This document shows, piece after piece, positions 21,086 to 33,694 of a stretch of DNA of 64,000 nucleotides (position 1 is the stretch's first letter; each line of letters starts with the position of its first letter). Below the pieces are notes generated by a model, which saw only the letters and a list, made by a program, of their open reading frames with translations, had not been told where the DNA came from and searched no databases. Both the position numbers and the translations under genes were made by a program. The DNA comes from an uncultured Chloroflexia bacterium (GTDB lineage Bacteria > Chloroflexota > Limnocylindria > Limnocylindrales > CSP1-4): positions 608,001-672,000 of the forward strand of contig CAWHDR010000001.1 of NCBI GenBank assembly GCA_963828165.1, written 5' to 3'.

Positions 21086-21525
21086 GACGACGGGTGCTGA
21101 GCGCGATCGTCGGGCTGGCGATGATCTTGCTCGCGGGCTGCGACTCCATCACGTTGCCGCTGCCGTGCGACCTGATGATCGTGGCTCTGCCGGCCGACTC
21201 GGCGCTGCAGCCGGGCGACCCGTTGCCCGCAGATCCCCAGGTGATCGCCGGTCCGAGTGATTTCGACGCGCTGGGCAGCTCGATCAAGCAGACCCTGCCC
21301 GGTGGCGAGGTGTCGCTCGACCTGCAGCTGCGCGGCGCGGCGATCGAACGGGTCGCGCGCCACACCGAGGATCACCTGGGCGAGCCGATGGCACTCATCA
21401 TCAACGGCGAGATCGTCTCCGTCCCGATCATCCAGTCGCCGATCCCTGACGGCGCACTTTCCGTGTCCCCGGCCACGGACGACGCTCAGGCCTTCACCGA
21501 ACAATTCGCCGGCTGCGTCCGCTAG
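21082..21525 (+). CDS. Lipoprotein with SecD P1 head-like subdomain
   Basis: LAGC lipobox; T...LG.PMALIINGEIVSVPIIQSPI.DG pattern; GTGA coupling to the upstream gene. Confidence 0.6.
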   Translation: MRRRVLSAIVGLAMILLAGCDSITLPLPCDLMIVALPADSALQPGDPLPADPQVIAGPSDFDALGSSIKQTLPGGEVSLDLQLRGAAIERVARHTEDHLGEPMALIINGEIVSVPIIQSPIPDGALSVSPATDDAQAFTEQFAGCVR

Positions 21526-21547
21526 CGCCGCGCGATCTGCGCCCAGC

Positions 21548-21952
21548 TCAGCTCTGGGCGTGCAGCATCCCGCCGACGTGCTCCAGCAGCTTCCAGGCGA
21601 CCTCGGCATCGCCCTTCACGAACGCGCGGAAGTCCCACAGCGTCATGACGTAGCAGCGCAGGTCGGTCGTGGCGGTCACGGTGGCGGTCCGGACCCGGTC
21701 GCTGATGAGCGCCACCTCGCCGAAATAGCTCCCCGGGCCGACCTTCCCGACCTCCTTGCCGTCTCTGGTCACCACGCCTTCGCCCTCGGCCACGACGAAG
21801 AAGCCGATCCCCCGCTCATCGCCCTGGCGAACGACCATGGAACCCGCAGGAAATGTCCGCTCCGAGAAATCGCGAGCCAGGCTTTCCAGGTGCTTCCGGT
21901 CCAGGCCCGACAGCAGCGGGACTCCCGCCAACAGGTCCGCGGTGTCGCTCAT
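21548..21952 (-). CDS. Stand-alone cyclic nucleotide-binding domain protein
   Basis: VVRQGD, GSYFGEVALI and RTATV phosphate-binding cassette. Confidence 0.9.
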   Translation of the reverse strand: MSDTADLLAGVPLLSGLDRKHLESLARDFSERTFPAGSMVVRQGDERGIGFFVVAEGEGVVTRDGKEVGKVGPGSYFGEVALISDRVRTATVTATTDLRCYVMTLWDFRAFVKGDAEVAWKLLEHVGGMLHAQS

Positions 21953-21992
21953 GGCGACTCTCCTCTGATGCGAAGGTGCGCTCCATCTCCAA

Positions 21993-23312
21993 CTATGCCT
22001 TGGGACGCGTCCGCGCCGCCAGCCGGTCCTGCAGCCTGAACCACTCCCCGGCGAACGGCAGGAACCACGGTCGGCCTTCGTACGGGGCCGGCACCAGTGG
22101 GAACTTCAGACGCGTGAGGGCCGGCGCCTCCCCACCCGCAAGCCATTGCCCGACCCGCGTCCCGAGGTACGTCATCAACGCCACGCCGGTCCCGCAACAG
22201 CCCATCGCGTACGCGACGCCGTCCTTCGTGCGGCCCACGTGCGGCATCCGGTCGAACGTGAACCCGACGTTCCCACCCCAGGCGTACTCGATGCGATAGT
22301 CGGCCAGCTGCGGGTGGACCTCCAGGAGGCCGCGATGGAGGATCTGCGCGGTCTTCTCGATCGAGGTCGGCAGGAACGACGCGCGCCCGCCGAAGATCAT
22401 CCGGCGGTCGGCCGACACGTGCCAGTAGTACAGGAAGTTCTTCGTATCGAAGAACGCGCGGCCCTTGGGCGAGAGCTCATGCGCGAGCTCGTCGGGCAGC
22501 ACCTCCGACGCGATGATGAACGAGCCGATCGGGATGATCCGGCGTCGAAGCGACGGCACGACACCGTCCGTATAGCCGTTCGTGGCGACGAACACATCCC
22601 TCGCCAGGATCGCGCCGCGTGACGTCTCGACGACGAACCGGCCGTCGGCCTGTCGCCGGATCTTCTCGGCCCGAACGCCCTCGTGCAGGTCCGCCCCGGC
22701 CCGCGCCGCAGCCGCCGCCAGACCCGCGAAGTACCGGCCCGGATGGAGCAACCCGCTGCCCTCGACCGCGAGTGCCCCGAAATAGGCGTCGCTGCCGATC
22801 TCCTCGTGGATGCGATCGCGCGGCACGACCGCGGACGTCACCCCGACGGCGGCCAGGCTCGCCCTTGCATGCTCGAGCTCCGGCACGTGCGACGGCGCGT
22901 ACGCGAGCTCGAGGTGGCCGCCCTCCCGGAAGTCGCAATCGATCGCCTCTTCGGCGATGAGCCGCTTCACCAGGTCGTAGGAATCGAGGGTCTCGCGGTA
23001 GAGGGCCTTGCCGGTCTCCTCGCCGTGGCGCTTGATGAGCTCCCTGGCGCTCCACTTGTAGCCGGCATGGACGATGCCGCCATTGCGGGTCGAGGCGCCC
23101 CAGCCCAGCGTGTGCGCCTCGAGCAGGGTCACGGCGACGCCCCGACGGGCCAGTTCGCGCGCCGCGTTGATCCCGGCGTATCCCCCACCGACCACGACGA
23201 CGTCCGCCGAGTCCGGGAGCTCGCGCCCCGATCGGTCCGGCTGCGGCGTCATCGAGGCGTGCCAGAAGGGCCGGCGCTCGTAGTCGGTGTTGAGGGACGG
23301 TTCTGCAGCCAT
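21993..23312 (-). CDS. FAD-dependent amine oxidoreductase (PuuB/DadA family)
   Basis: GGGYAG, GASTRNGG, ATNGYT, YAWGG..FTFDRMP and GCCGTGV motifs. Confidence 0.88.
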   Translation of the reverse strand: MAAEPSLNTDYERRPFWHASMTPQPDRSGRELPDSADVVVVGGGYAGINAARELARRGVAVTLLEAHTLGWGASTRNGGIVHAGYKWSARELIKRHGEETGKALYRETLDSYDLVKRLIAEEAIDCDFREGGHLELAYAPSHVPELEHARASLAAVGVTSAVVPRDRIHEEIGSDAYFGALAVEGSGLLHPGRYFAGLAAAAARAGADLHEGVRAEKIRRQADGRFVVETSRGAILARDVFVATNGYTDGVVPSLRRRIIPIGSFIIASEVLPDELAHELSPKGRAFFDTKNFLYYWHVSADRRMIFGGRASFLPTSIEKTAQILHRGLLEVHPQLADYRIEYAWGGNVGFTFDRMPHVGRTKDGVAYAMGCCGTGVALMTYLGTRVGQWLAGGEAPALTRLKFPLVPAPYEGRPWFLPFAGEWFRLQDRLAARTRPKA

Positions 23313-23371
23313 CGAGGCGGAGCGTACCGGAGGACCGACGCCTGCGACCCCGTGTTCCGACGCCGAGTCCG

Positions 23372-23390
23372 ATCGGACCGGCGGTCCGAT
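23372..23390. promoter_or_regulatory. Perfect 9-bp inverted repeat in a divergent intergenic region
   Basis: ATCGGACCG-G-CGGTCCGAT between the oxidase gene and parA. Confidence 0.35.
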
Positions 23391-23497
23391 GCTGTGATAA
23401 CTCCCCGCATCGAACGTTCGTCAGGTACGATCGGCGCAGGAGGGGCCGTGGATGGGCGGCTCTGCCCAGACCGACGGCCCGGTCGCTTGGGGGACGC

Positions 23498-24301
23498 GTG
23501 CGCACGATCGCCGTCATCAATCGCAAGGGAGGCAGTGGCAAGACGACGACGGCCGTCAACACGGCCGCGGCGTTGGCCGGCCTCGGCCATCCCGCCCTGC
23601 TGATCGATGTCGATCCCCAGGGCAGCGCCTCGGACTGGCTCGACCGCGAGGGGAACGATCGGGGCCTGCGCGAAGCGTTCACGGTGACCGGGGACCTGGC
23701 GCGCCTGGCCGTCCCGACCGACACGGCAGGGCTCGACATCGTGCCTTCGACGCAATGGCTCGTCACCGCCGAGAAGAACATGCTCGGGGACCTCAGCGTC
23801 GGCATCTCGCGGGCGCTCCAGCGCATCCCAACGCGTTGGGACTTCGTGATCGTCGACTGTCCGCCCTCGCTGTCGTACCTCGCGATCGGGGTGATGATGG
23901 GCGTTCGCGAGCTCGTCATCCCGGTCGAGGCCCACTCGATGGCATTCACGGGCGCGGTCGAGGTGATGGATGAGTTGCCGGCTGTCCGGAAGTTGAACCC
24001 GAATCTGTCGTCGATCCTCCTCCTGCCCTGTCGAGTGACCCGCACTCGCCACGCGCGGGGGGTCGTCGAGGCGCTGGAGACCGACTTTCCGGCAGAAGTC
24101 ACGACGGCGAGGATCCGCGAGAGCATCACCCTCGCGGAGGCTGCCGACGAGCGGCAACCGATCACGGCCTACGCGCCCGGTGGCATCGGCGCCACGGACT
24201 ACCGGGAATTCGCGCGGGAGTTGCTGAACCGTGCCCCGCCCCCGGTCCAGGCCAAGAGTTCATGGTGGCAGTCCCCGGTGTCGTCCCTGTCCAGTCGATG
24301 A
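23498..24301 (+). CDS. ParA/Soj-family ATPase (orphan)
   Basis: KGGSGKTT deviant Walker A, IDVDPQG, IVDCPP and IRES..LAEA motifs. Confidence 0.9.
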   Translation: MRTIAVINRKGGSGKTTTAVNTAAALAGLGHPALLIDVDPQGSASDWLDREGNDRGLREAFTVTGDLARLAVPTDTAGLDIVPSTQWLVTAEKNMLGDLSVGISRALQRIPTRWDFVIVDCPPSLSYLAIGVMMGVRELVIPVEAHSMAFTGAVEVMDELPAVRKLNPNLSSILLLPCRVTRTRHARGVVEALETDFPAEVTTARIRESITLAEAADERQPITAYAPGGIGATDYREFARELLNRAPPPVQAKSSWWQSPVSSLSSR

Positions 24302-25017
24302 CCGAGCCGGCGCCAGACTCTCCCTTGACAGCGGCTGCGGTCGAGGCGCTCGTTCGATCGATCGAGGCGAAGGAGGCTCAGGCCCCTCGACTCGATGCGC
24401 CGGCAGGCCCGGCCACGCCCCCGGATGACGTTCCGGAGACCTCAGCGTCGGCTGTCGTTGCCGATCCGGCGCCAGATCCGCAGGAACCGGTCCTTACCGC
24501 CGAGCCGGCGCCGGCCTCGAACGGTCTCCGCCCCGCGCCGACCGGCTGGGCCTGGTCCCCCACGAGCCGCGGGCCCTTGCCCGGCCTGGTCGACCGCCAA
24601 CTGTGGGAGGCGCTCGTCTTGGAAGAGGCCGAGCGTCAACACCGGTACGGGCGCCCGACCGCCATCGTCCTGGCCGAGCTCGTCGGGCTCGATGAGCTGG
24701 TCGCGCGAATGGGGCCGGCGGCCATGAACCGGTTCGTTCCGCCGTGCGCTGACATGCTCGTGTCGCTGGCACGAGCGTCGGACCGCATCACGCGGTTGAC
24801 CAACTCGCAATTCGGCCTGCTCCTCCTCGAGACGGACGTCGCTGGGGCCGCCAGACTCGCGGCGAGGATCACCGTGGCCGCCGAGCTTCGGCTGGCCGGG
24901 AGCACGTGGCCCGTGCGGATGGTCGTCGGCTGGGCGGGTGCCGCGACTGGAGACGCGCTACGCGAGGCGGTTCGGGCCGCCGAACAGCACCTCAGCGTGC
25001 GGCGCGGCGGAACCTAG
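24298..25017 (+). CDS. Degenerate GGDEF-like domain protein with Pro/Ala-rich N-terminus
   Basis: GLVDR..W...L..E..R..RY.RP..IVL, RASDRITRLTNSQFGLLL.ET (GGDEF replaced by TNSQF); ATGA overlap with parA. Confidence 0.7.
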   Translation: MTEPAPDSPLTAAAVEALVRSIEAKEAQAPRLDAPAGPATPPDDVPETSASAVVADPAPDPQEPVLTAEPAPASNGLRPAPTGWAWSPTSRGPLPGLVDRQLWEALVLEEAERQHRYGRPTAIVLAELVGLDELVARMGPAAMNRFVPPCADMLVSLARASDRITRLTNSQFGLLLLETDVAGAARLAARITVAAELRLAGSTWPVRMVVGWAGAATGDALREAVRAAEQHLSVRRGGT

Positions 25018-25021
25018 GCCG

Positions 25022-25249
25022 CTACGGCCGCGTGACGTCAGCGTCGGAGGACGCCGGGATGGACCAGTCCGCCTCCGCCGGGATGACCCGATCGGCCGTC
25101 TCGCCGCTGACGACCGCGAGATGACTGAAGAATCGGGCGCGTCGGTGCGAGACGATCCGAGCGTCCTGGCAGGGACAGCCGGGCGCCAGGCAGCCCGATG
25201 ATCGTGATGCTCCTGCTTCCGACCTGGGCCGCGTGTCGCTGACGTCCAT
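25022..25249 (-). CDS. Small Cys-motif hypothetical protein (75 aa)
   Basis: AGGAG RBS 7 nt upstream of ATG; CLAPGCPC motif; fills an otherwise empty gap. Confidence 0.5.
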   Translation of the reverse strand: MDVSDTRPRSEAGASRSSGCLAPGCPCQDARIVSHRRARFFSHLAVVSGETADRVIPAEADWSIPASSDADVTRP

Positions 25250-25430
25250 GTCCTGTCTCCTGCGCCGAGTACTGGGCTCGACCACGGATGTTCCGGATGA
25301 AAATCTGAACTGGCCTGGATACGTTGAGTGACGCTGCGCGGACGCATTTCGTTGCATCCGCGAGCCAATGTGTCGGATCGCTGACGCTGAGTCGCCGCTC
25401 CGAGCGGCACCTTCGAGCGGGCGGGCAGAC

Positions 25431-25456
25431 TGAACCTCGCGCCTCCGACCGGCATC
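25431..25456 (+). promoter_or_regulatory. Putative ECF sigma promoter TGAACC-N16-CATC
   Basis: ECF-like -35/-10 spacing just upstream of the sigma gene. Confidence 0.3.
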
Positions 25457-25470
25457 AAGTGGTCGAACGC

Positions 25471-26040
25471 GTGCTCCCTGGAGGCAGCCCGATCCCACCC
25501 GCGACTGACCGGTCGCTCGTCGACCGGGCCCGCCACGGCGACCTCGACGCGTTCGAGGAGATCGTTCGCGCCCGCATGGATGCCGTGTACCGCCTCTCAT
25601 TCGCGATCCTGGCCGACGAGGCCGACGCCCGCGACGCCGCCCAGGACACGTTCGTGACCGCGTGGCGGCAGATCGGGAAGCTGCGCGACCCAGAGCACTT
25701 CGACGCGTGGCTCCAGCGCGTGGCCGTCAACGCCGCCCGGATGACCCATCGAGCACGCCGGCGCCGGGGCTTCCGCGAGATCCCGGCCAGCCGTGTCGGC
25801 GGAATGACGGACCTGCCGGCGACCGCGGCCGTCGAGGCTGACGCTCGGGCGCTCGAGGCGGCGCTTGGCCGCCTGTCGATCGATCAGCGCTCGATCCTGG
25901 CGCTGCACCACCTCGAAGGGCGTTCGCTGGCGGAGCTTGCGGAGATCCTCGACATCCCGTCCGGGACGGTGAAATCGCGGCTGCACACGGCCCGCCAGGC
26001 GCTGCATGCGGCCCTGCTGGCCGAGGCGACCGACCGATGA
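25471..26040 (+). CDS. ECF sigma-70 factor
   Basis: GDLDAFEEIV, DAAQDTF, FDAWL.R.A.N (region 2); S..E.A.IL.IP.GTVKSRL (region 4). Confidence 0.9.
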   Translation: MLPGGSPIPPATDRSLVDRARHGDLDAFEEIVRARMDAVYRLSFAILADEADARDAAQDTFVTAWRQIGKLRDPEHFDAWLQRVAVNAARMTHRARRRRGFREIPASRVGGMTDLPATAAVEADARALEAALGRLSIDQRSILALHHLEGRSLAELAEILDIPSGTVKSRLHTARQALHAALLAEATDR

Positions 26041-27539
26041 CGATAACGGATGACTGGGACGGCGCTCGGCTGTCGACCGCCTATGCGGCGATGACGGCGG
26101 CGCGGCCGACACCTGCAGGACTGGAGGCTCGCGCGCTCGCGGCCCTCCGAACCTCATCGATCCGTCCCCGTCCGGCATCTCCTTTGACAGGCCTGCACCC
26201 GGTCGTCTCGTCGTTCGGCGCCCTTGCGATCGCGCTCATCGTGGTCGTTGCGCTGGGCAGTCTGGCGCGCGACGGCGTCGCCGTGCCGGGTGGACCGCCA
26301 GGCGCATCCGGCGCGCCTTCGACGCCAGGCTCGACAGGAACCGCGCCTTCGGCCACTCCGAGCATCCTGGGCATACCGGTCATCTCGCTGTCTGAACTGA
26401 TCGCTCGGCGAACCAGAAGCGGAGCGCCGTCACCGGAAGAAGTCGCGGTCCGCGGCTGGATGGTGCGCTCGAATGTCGTGTACGACTGTGCCCTGGACCC
26501 CGATCCCCATGTGCTCGTCCCGCACTGCCTTAGCCCGGTATTCCTGATGGAGCGACCGGAACGATCGCCGGGGACCGCGACCGACGGACCATCCGTCGTT
26601 CCGGTGCTGGGCCTCGACAGCCACATCGAGATCGACATCCCGTGGCAGGAGCCCATCGAGGTAATCGCGTTCGGCCACCTGGGTGACCATCGATGGCCGA
26701 CGTGTCTCCTCGCCGAGCAGGACGCCTGCCGGCGGGTGTTCGTCGCGGACCGGATCGTTTCAGCCGAGTCCGTCGCGCGGCTGCCAGATCCCTGGCGGAT
26801 CCCCCCGTCATCTTCGATCGAGCCCAGCAGCGATGCGCTGGAGGCGATCTCGCGGCTCCGGGCGCAGCTCGGCGACATCACGGTGGTGTCGGTCGGGCAT
26901 GTCGGGGCGGGCCTGCTCTCGGAGATCGAGCCGGCCGTCAAGGACCGCGGCGACATCGATTCCGCGACCCAGCTGCACCCCGTCTGGGTCGTTCGCGCGC
27001 TTGTCGCGGCGGACCCCGAGCCCGGCGTGGTCAGGACGTTCATCATCGCGGATCGTCCGGTCGAGGGACCCGCGCTGCCGATCTGGGACGCCAGTGAGGA
27101 CGGCGTGGCACCGCTGCCCGAACGGGAGCAATCACTGCGGTGGCCACCCAGAGGCGCCGACATCGTCGAAATGCTGTTCGACGACAGACCCGGACGACCG
27201 CCGGTTCATGTCGCCGTCATCGACAAGACCGGGCACCTGGTCGAGGCACGCGCCGCCACATCGGCCGAGATCGCCATCCGAAAGTTAACGACAAGCACCG
27301 TCTCGATCGTCGACCTACCCGATGGCCGGGTGCTCGTTCACTGGGGCGGCTCCATGTGCGACGACCTCCTGACCCTGACGATCTCGGCTTCCGATATCGG
27401 GACCCCGGAAAGGGTGACCGTCGACGGCCGCCGCGGATCGCCATGTCGCATGGCTTTGGTCTACTACGCGGTCGTGCTGACCTTCGATCCCCCCGTTGCC
27501 GCTGCCGAGCTGGGTGGCCGCTACCTCATCGGGCCGTGA
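26037..27539 (+). CDS. Putative membrane anti-sigma factor with Cys-containing extracytoplasmic region
   Basis: ATGA coupling to the sigma gene; N-terminal cytoplasmic part, one TM helix, Pro/Ser linker. Confidence 0.6.
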   Translation: MTITDDWDGARLSTAYAAMTAARPTPAGLEARALAALRTSSIRPRPASPLTGLHPVVSSFGALAIALIVVVALGSLARDGVAVPGGPPGASGAPSTPGSTGTAPSATPSILGIPVISLSELIARRTRSGAPSPEEVAVRGWMVRSNVVYDCALDPDPHVLVPHCLSPVFLMERPERSPGTATDGPSVVPVLGLDSHIEIDIPWQEPIEVIAFGHLGDHRWPTCLLAEQDACRRVFVADRIVSAESVARLPDPWRIPPSSSIEPSSDALEAISRLRAQLGDITVVSVGHVGAGLLSEIEPAVKDRGDIDSATQLHPVWVVRALVAADPEPGVVRTFIIADRPVEGPALPIWDASEDGVAPLPEREQSLRWPPRGADIVEMLFDDRPGRPPVHVAVIDKTGHLVEARAATSAEIAIRKLTTSTVSIVDLPDGRVLVHWGGSMCDDLLTLTISASDIGTPERVTVDGRRGSPCRMALVYYAVVLTFDPPVAAAELGGRYLIGP

Positions 27540-28916
27540 TCAGGTCCGCCTCGTAGGCGACTTGCCCGCCGGCGATCGTCAGGAGCACGCGGCCCGGCAG
27601 GTCCATCCCGATCAACGGCGAATTCTTGCCCTTGGACGAGAGCGCATCCGCGCTCACCGGCCAGCGCTCCGATCGATCGAACACGACGAGGTCCGCCGGC
27701 GCCCCCTCGAGCAGCCCCACCGAGCCGTTCCGACGCGACCGACCGCCGAGGATGGCGGCCGGACCGACCGTCAGCGCCGCGATCGCCTGCGCCAGCGTCA
27801 TGTGGCCCGCGTCGACGGCCTCGAGGACCAACCCGAGCGCCGTCTCGATGCCGCTGATCCCGTTGGCAGCCTCCCCGAACTCGACCGCCTTGTCGACCTC
27901 GGTGTGGGGGGCGTGGTCGGTGGCGATCGCATCGGCCGTGCCGTCGGCCAGGGCGGCGAGGCAGGCCAGGGCATCCGCCGGTGTCCGGAGCGGCGGGTTG
28001 ACCCGCAGCGACGAAGCGTAGGGCGCGGCGACCATGGCTTCGTCCCTCCACGGGTCGCCATCGACACCGGCCTCCCAGGCGAAGCGACGAGCGCCCGCGA
28101 CCCACTCGTCGGTCAGCGCGAGATGGTGCGGCGTCACGTCGCAGGTGACGGGCAGGCCGGTCACCTTGGCCCGCCGAACGAGCTCCAGCGCGGCACCGGT
28201 CGAGACGTGCGTGAGATGCAATCGCGCGCCCGGGACGTCCCGGACGACGTCGGCGAGGATCGCCAAGTCACGGCCGACCGCCGCCTCCTCCGCCGCGGCC
28301 GGCCACCCGCGCAGACCCAGGACGGTCGCGATGAACCCGTCGTTCGCCTCCGCGCCATCAGTGAGGATCGCGTCCTCGGGGTGGTCCACGATCGGCAGGC
28401 CGAGCGCGCCCGCGTACGCGAGCGCGTTGCGCAGGATCGACGCCAAGCGTACGGGCGCACCGTCGTCGGAGAAGCCCACCACGCCGGCGTCGGCCAGCTC
28501 TCCGAGGGCCGCGAGCGTCTCGCCGCTCCGCCCGGTCGACACCGCGCCATGGGCGAGCAATTCCACCGGGGAGCCCGACGCCGCGGCGGCCGCCCGGATC
28601 CGGGATAGCACCCCGGGCTCATCCAGGCACGGAATCGTGTTCGGCATCGCGCACACCGTGGTGAACCCGCCGTGCGCGGCCGCCGCAAGCCCGGAGGCGA
28701 CCGTCTCGGCATCCTCGTTGCCGGGCTCGCGCAGGTGGACGTGGAGATCGATGAACCCGGGCGCCACGACGACACCACCGGCGTCGATGCCGTCGGCCTC
28801 CTCGCGTTCTAGCCAGGTCACGGCCTCGAGGATCCCGTCCCGCACGACGATCTCACCGGGGCCCTCGCGACCCGCGGCCGGATCGACCAGCCACGCGCGC
28901 CCGATATCGAGGTCGG

Positions 28917-28920
<4 letters not shown>
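27526..28920 (-). CDS. pyrC: Dihydroorotase
   Basis: PGFIDLHVHLREPG, MPNT, FSDDG, HVST, VTPHHL and ATDHAPH motifs. Confidence 0.95.
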
Positions 28921-31226
<2,306 letters not shown>

Positions 31227-31295
31227 GATAGACGCGGGAACGATACGACGGCGGGCACCCGATTGCACGCCCGCCCCGTCAGGCGGCGTTGCTCG

Positions 31296-33119
31296 TCAGC
31301 GGACGACGACGAGATCCTCGCCCGGGGCGCTCTCGACGGTGCCGACGCCGTCGTCGCTCCACGCGACGATCTGGATCCGGCTCCCCTCGCCGTCCTGGCC
31401 CGGCGGAGTCGCCCAGGCAAGCCGCCCTTCGCCGATCGAGAAGCCGGGAAGTGCCGGCACGCCGGTCGGGGCGTCGCCAGGACGCTCCAGCTCGCCGCTC
31501 GCGCTGACGCGATGGAGTGTGAGCCGGCCGACCTCGGGATCCGCGGCATCGGCCACCCAGACCGCGACCCACTCCCCGGTCTCGTCCCAGCGGACATCGA
31601 ACCCGGCGGAGGCCGAATCGGTCACGACCAGCGCGTCACGCGTAACGCCGGACCCGTCGTCCGTGCGTGTCGCGCCCGTGGCGGTCCAGCGATGCAATCC
31701 GAGGTTGCCCGTGTCGGGCGTCAAGGTCATGCCATCGGCTGACCGCGTGACGGATCCGGTCCAGCCGATCGCGCGCCTGCGCGTCGGGTCGACGACGGGC
31801 CGCCAGACGTCGCCGGCCGGCGATTCTGCGGCGGTCACGGGGTCGATGCGTACGGTGATGGGCGTGACCGGTCCCGCGGTCCCAGTGGTCGGAGCCGGAC
31901 GGCTCGCGACGATCTGATCGCCGTCCCACGATCCGAAGACCGTCGACCCGTCCACCGTGAGGCTGCGGGCGGATTCGTCGCCGACGCGCCAGACGTAGAC
32001 GTCCGGGCCGCGCGATCCGTCGCCGGGTCGCGCGGTGAACGCGAACCAGGAGCCATCCGCCGAGAACGCGGCCGATTCGCCGACGAGCTCGATGTCGCTG
32101 GCGATAGCGAGGCGGATCGCCACGGACGGAGATGGCGAGAGGCTCGGTGACGGCGGGGCCGTCGCCGGGGCGGGCGAACCGGCGCTCGTGTCGGTGCCCG
32201 GGGATTCGGATGGGGACTCGGACGGAGCGACGGTCGGTGGCGGCGTCCCCGAGGCAGGGGGCGTGCTGGCCAGGGCGGCCGTCGCCGTGGGCGCCGTGGA
32301 TGGCACGGTGGGAGTCGTCGGGGTCGGATCAGGCGTCGCGGACTGGATATCCGGCGACCGGGTGCGCTCGGGCAGGTCGACCAGGATGACCTGGTCGCCA
32401 CCGGAACCGTCGTCCGCGATCATCACGGCCTGTCCGTCGTTCGGGGACGAGATGATGGTCCGCGGTTCGGAGTCGAAGGACACACGCTGCTGGTCGGCCT
32501 GCCTCAGCGCCGGGCAGTTCGACGTTCCTTCCGCGGGGCAGACCTCATCGACGGCGGCGTTGTTGTAGGCGAGGCCGTCGGCGGTCTTGTCCACCCACTC
32601 GACGACCCCGGCACCGACCGCGAACGGCGTCGCCTGCGCGACTCCCCCGCCGCTGCCGAAGTCGCCACCAGTCGTCGATCGCTGGTCGGTCTCCTCCGGC
32701 GCGCTCGCTTGCTGGGGCACCAAGAGGTTCGCCGACAGCGTGCTGACACCGATCACGACCGCGATCACGGCGAGACCCGATAGCGCACCGAGGGGGATCC
32801 GGGATCCACGACGCGCGCTCGGCGCGGTGGCCGGGCCCTTGCCGCCCGACTCCTGCTCGATCGCGTACGCCGTCCGAGCCCAGAGATTTCGGGGCGGCTC
32901 GGGCGCGGCATCACGAAGGGCGCGAAGCGCGAGTCGGTCCGCCGCGTACTGCGCCGCGACGTTCGAACAGGCAGGGCAGCCTCCGAGGTGCTCGTCGAGC
33001 CAGGCCGTCTCCTCGGTACCGAGATCGCCGGCCATCCGCTCGGCGAGGCGCGCGCGAGCTCGCTCGTGCGTCGATCTCCAATGGTCGGGCCGGCGGCCGA
33101 CCCGGCTGAAGCGGCTCAC
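31296..33119 (-). CDS. Zinc-finger (zf-HC2) anti-sigma factor with extracytoplasmic beta-propeller-like domain
   Basis: HLGGCPAC, one TM helix, Pro/Thr linker, AFSADGSWFAF TolB-like repeats; coupled to the sigma gene. Confidence 0.8.
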   Translation of the reverse strand: MSRFSRVGRRPDHWRSTHERARARLAERMAGDLGTEETAWLDEHLGGCPACSNVAAQYAADRLALRALRDAAPEPPRNLWARTAYAIEQESGGKGPATAPSARRGSRIPLGALSGLAVIAVVIGVSTLSANLLVPQQASAPEETDQRSTTGGDFGSGGGVAQATPFAVGAGVVEWVDKTADGLAYNNAAVDEVCPAEGTSNCPALRQADQQRVSFDSEPRTIISSPNDGQAVMIADDGSGGDQVILVDLPERTRSPDIQSATPDPTPTTPTVPSTAPTATAALASTPPASGTPPPTVAPSESPSESPGTDTSAGSPAPATAPPSPSLSPSPSVAIRLAIASDIELVGESAAFSADGSWFAFTARPGDGSRGPDVYVWRVGDESARSLTVDGSTVFGSWDGDQIVASRPAPTTGTAGPVTPITVRIDPVTAAESPAGDVWRPVVDPTRRRAIGWTGSVTRSADGMTLTPDTGNLGLHRWTATGATRTDDGSGVTRDALVVTDSASAGFDVRWDETGEWVAVWVADAADPEVGRLTLHRVSASGELERPGDAPTGVPALPGFSIGEGRLAWATPPGQDGEGSRIQIVAWSDDGVGTVESAPGEDLVVVR

Positions 33120-33694
33120 CGGTCCACCCGGGCGGTCGACCCGCTGTCACGGGTCGCCTCAGCGGCGGCCTCGACCTCGCGCTCGGCGGCGAGTGCCTGG
33201 CGGAGGCTCTCGCGAGCGCGGGTAAGGAGCGCGCGGGCGGCCACGTGGCTGACGCCGAGCGCCTCGGCCAGCTCGAGCCCCGTCAGATCGTGCAGCTCGG
33301 CCAGGAGCAGGGCGGCCCGCTGGCGTTCGGGGATCCGAGCGAGGGCCCGCTGCATGTCGCCAGACAGGCGGGCCTCCATGACGAGATGCTCCGCCGACGG
33401 CGCCGAGCCCTTCGATTCACCCGTCCACGGCAGGAACCGGATGATCTTTCGGCGGCGGATCTCGTCGAGCGCGACGCGGTGGGCGATCTGGTACAGCCAC
33501 GCCCGGGCGTTCTCCGGCTTCTCGAGGCTCGCGTAGTTCTTGTACGCCTTGACGAAGGCGTCCTGGGTCATGTCCGCGGCCATCTCCGGGTCGCGCATCA
33601 TCCGCATCAGGTACGCATAGATCTCGCCGTGGTGCTTGGCGAACAGGTTCTCGACGAATGCGCCCGCCTCGTCTCGATCCCATGCGCTACTCAT
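33116..33694 (-). CDS. ECF sigma-70 factor
   Basis: DMTQDAFVKA, AWLYQIA.R.ALD and region 4 (L..IPERQRAALLL...ELAEALG). Confidence 0.9.
   Translation of the reverse strand: MSSAWDRDEAGAFVENLFAKHHGEIYAYLMRMMRDPEMAADMTQDAFVKAYKNYASLEKPENARAWLYQIAHRVALDEIRRRKIIRFLPWTGESKGSAPSAEHLVMEARLSGDMQRALARIPERQRAALLLAELHDLTGLELAEALGVSHVAARALLTRARESLRQALAAEREVEAAAEATRDSGSTARVDR

Noticed and set aside
23411-23420. CGAACGTTCG, LexA-box-like
   Set aside because: It lacks the 4-nt spacer of GAAC-N4-GTTC.
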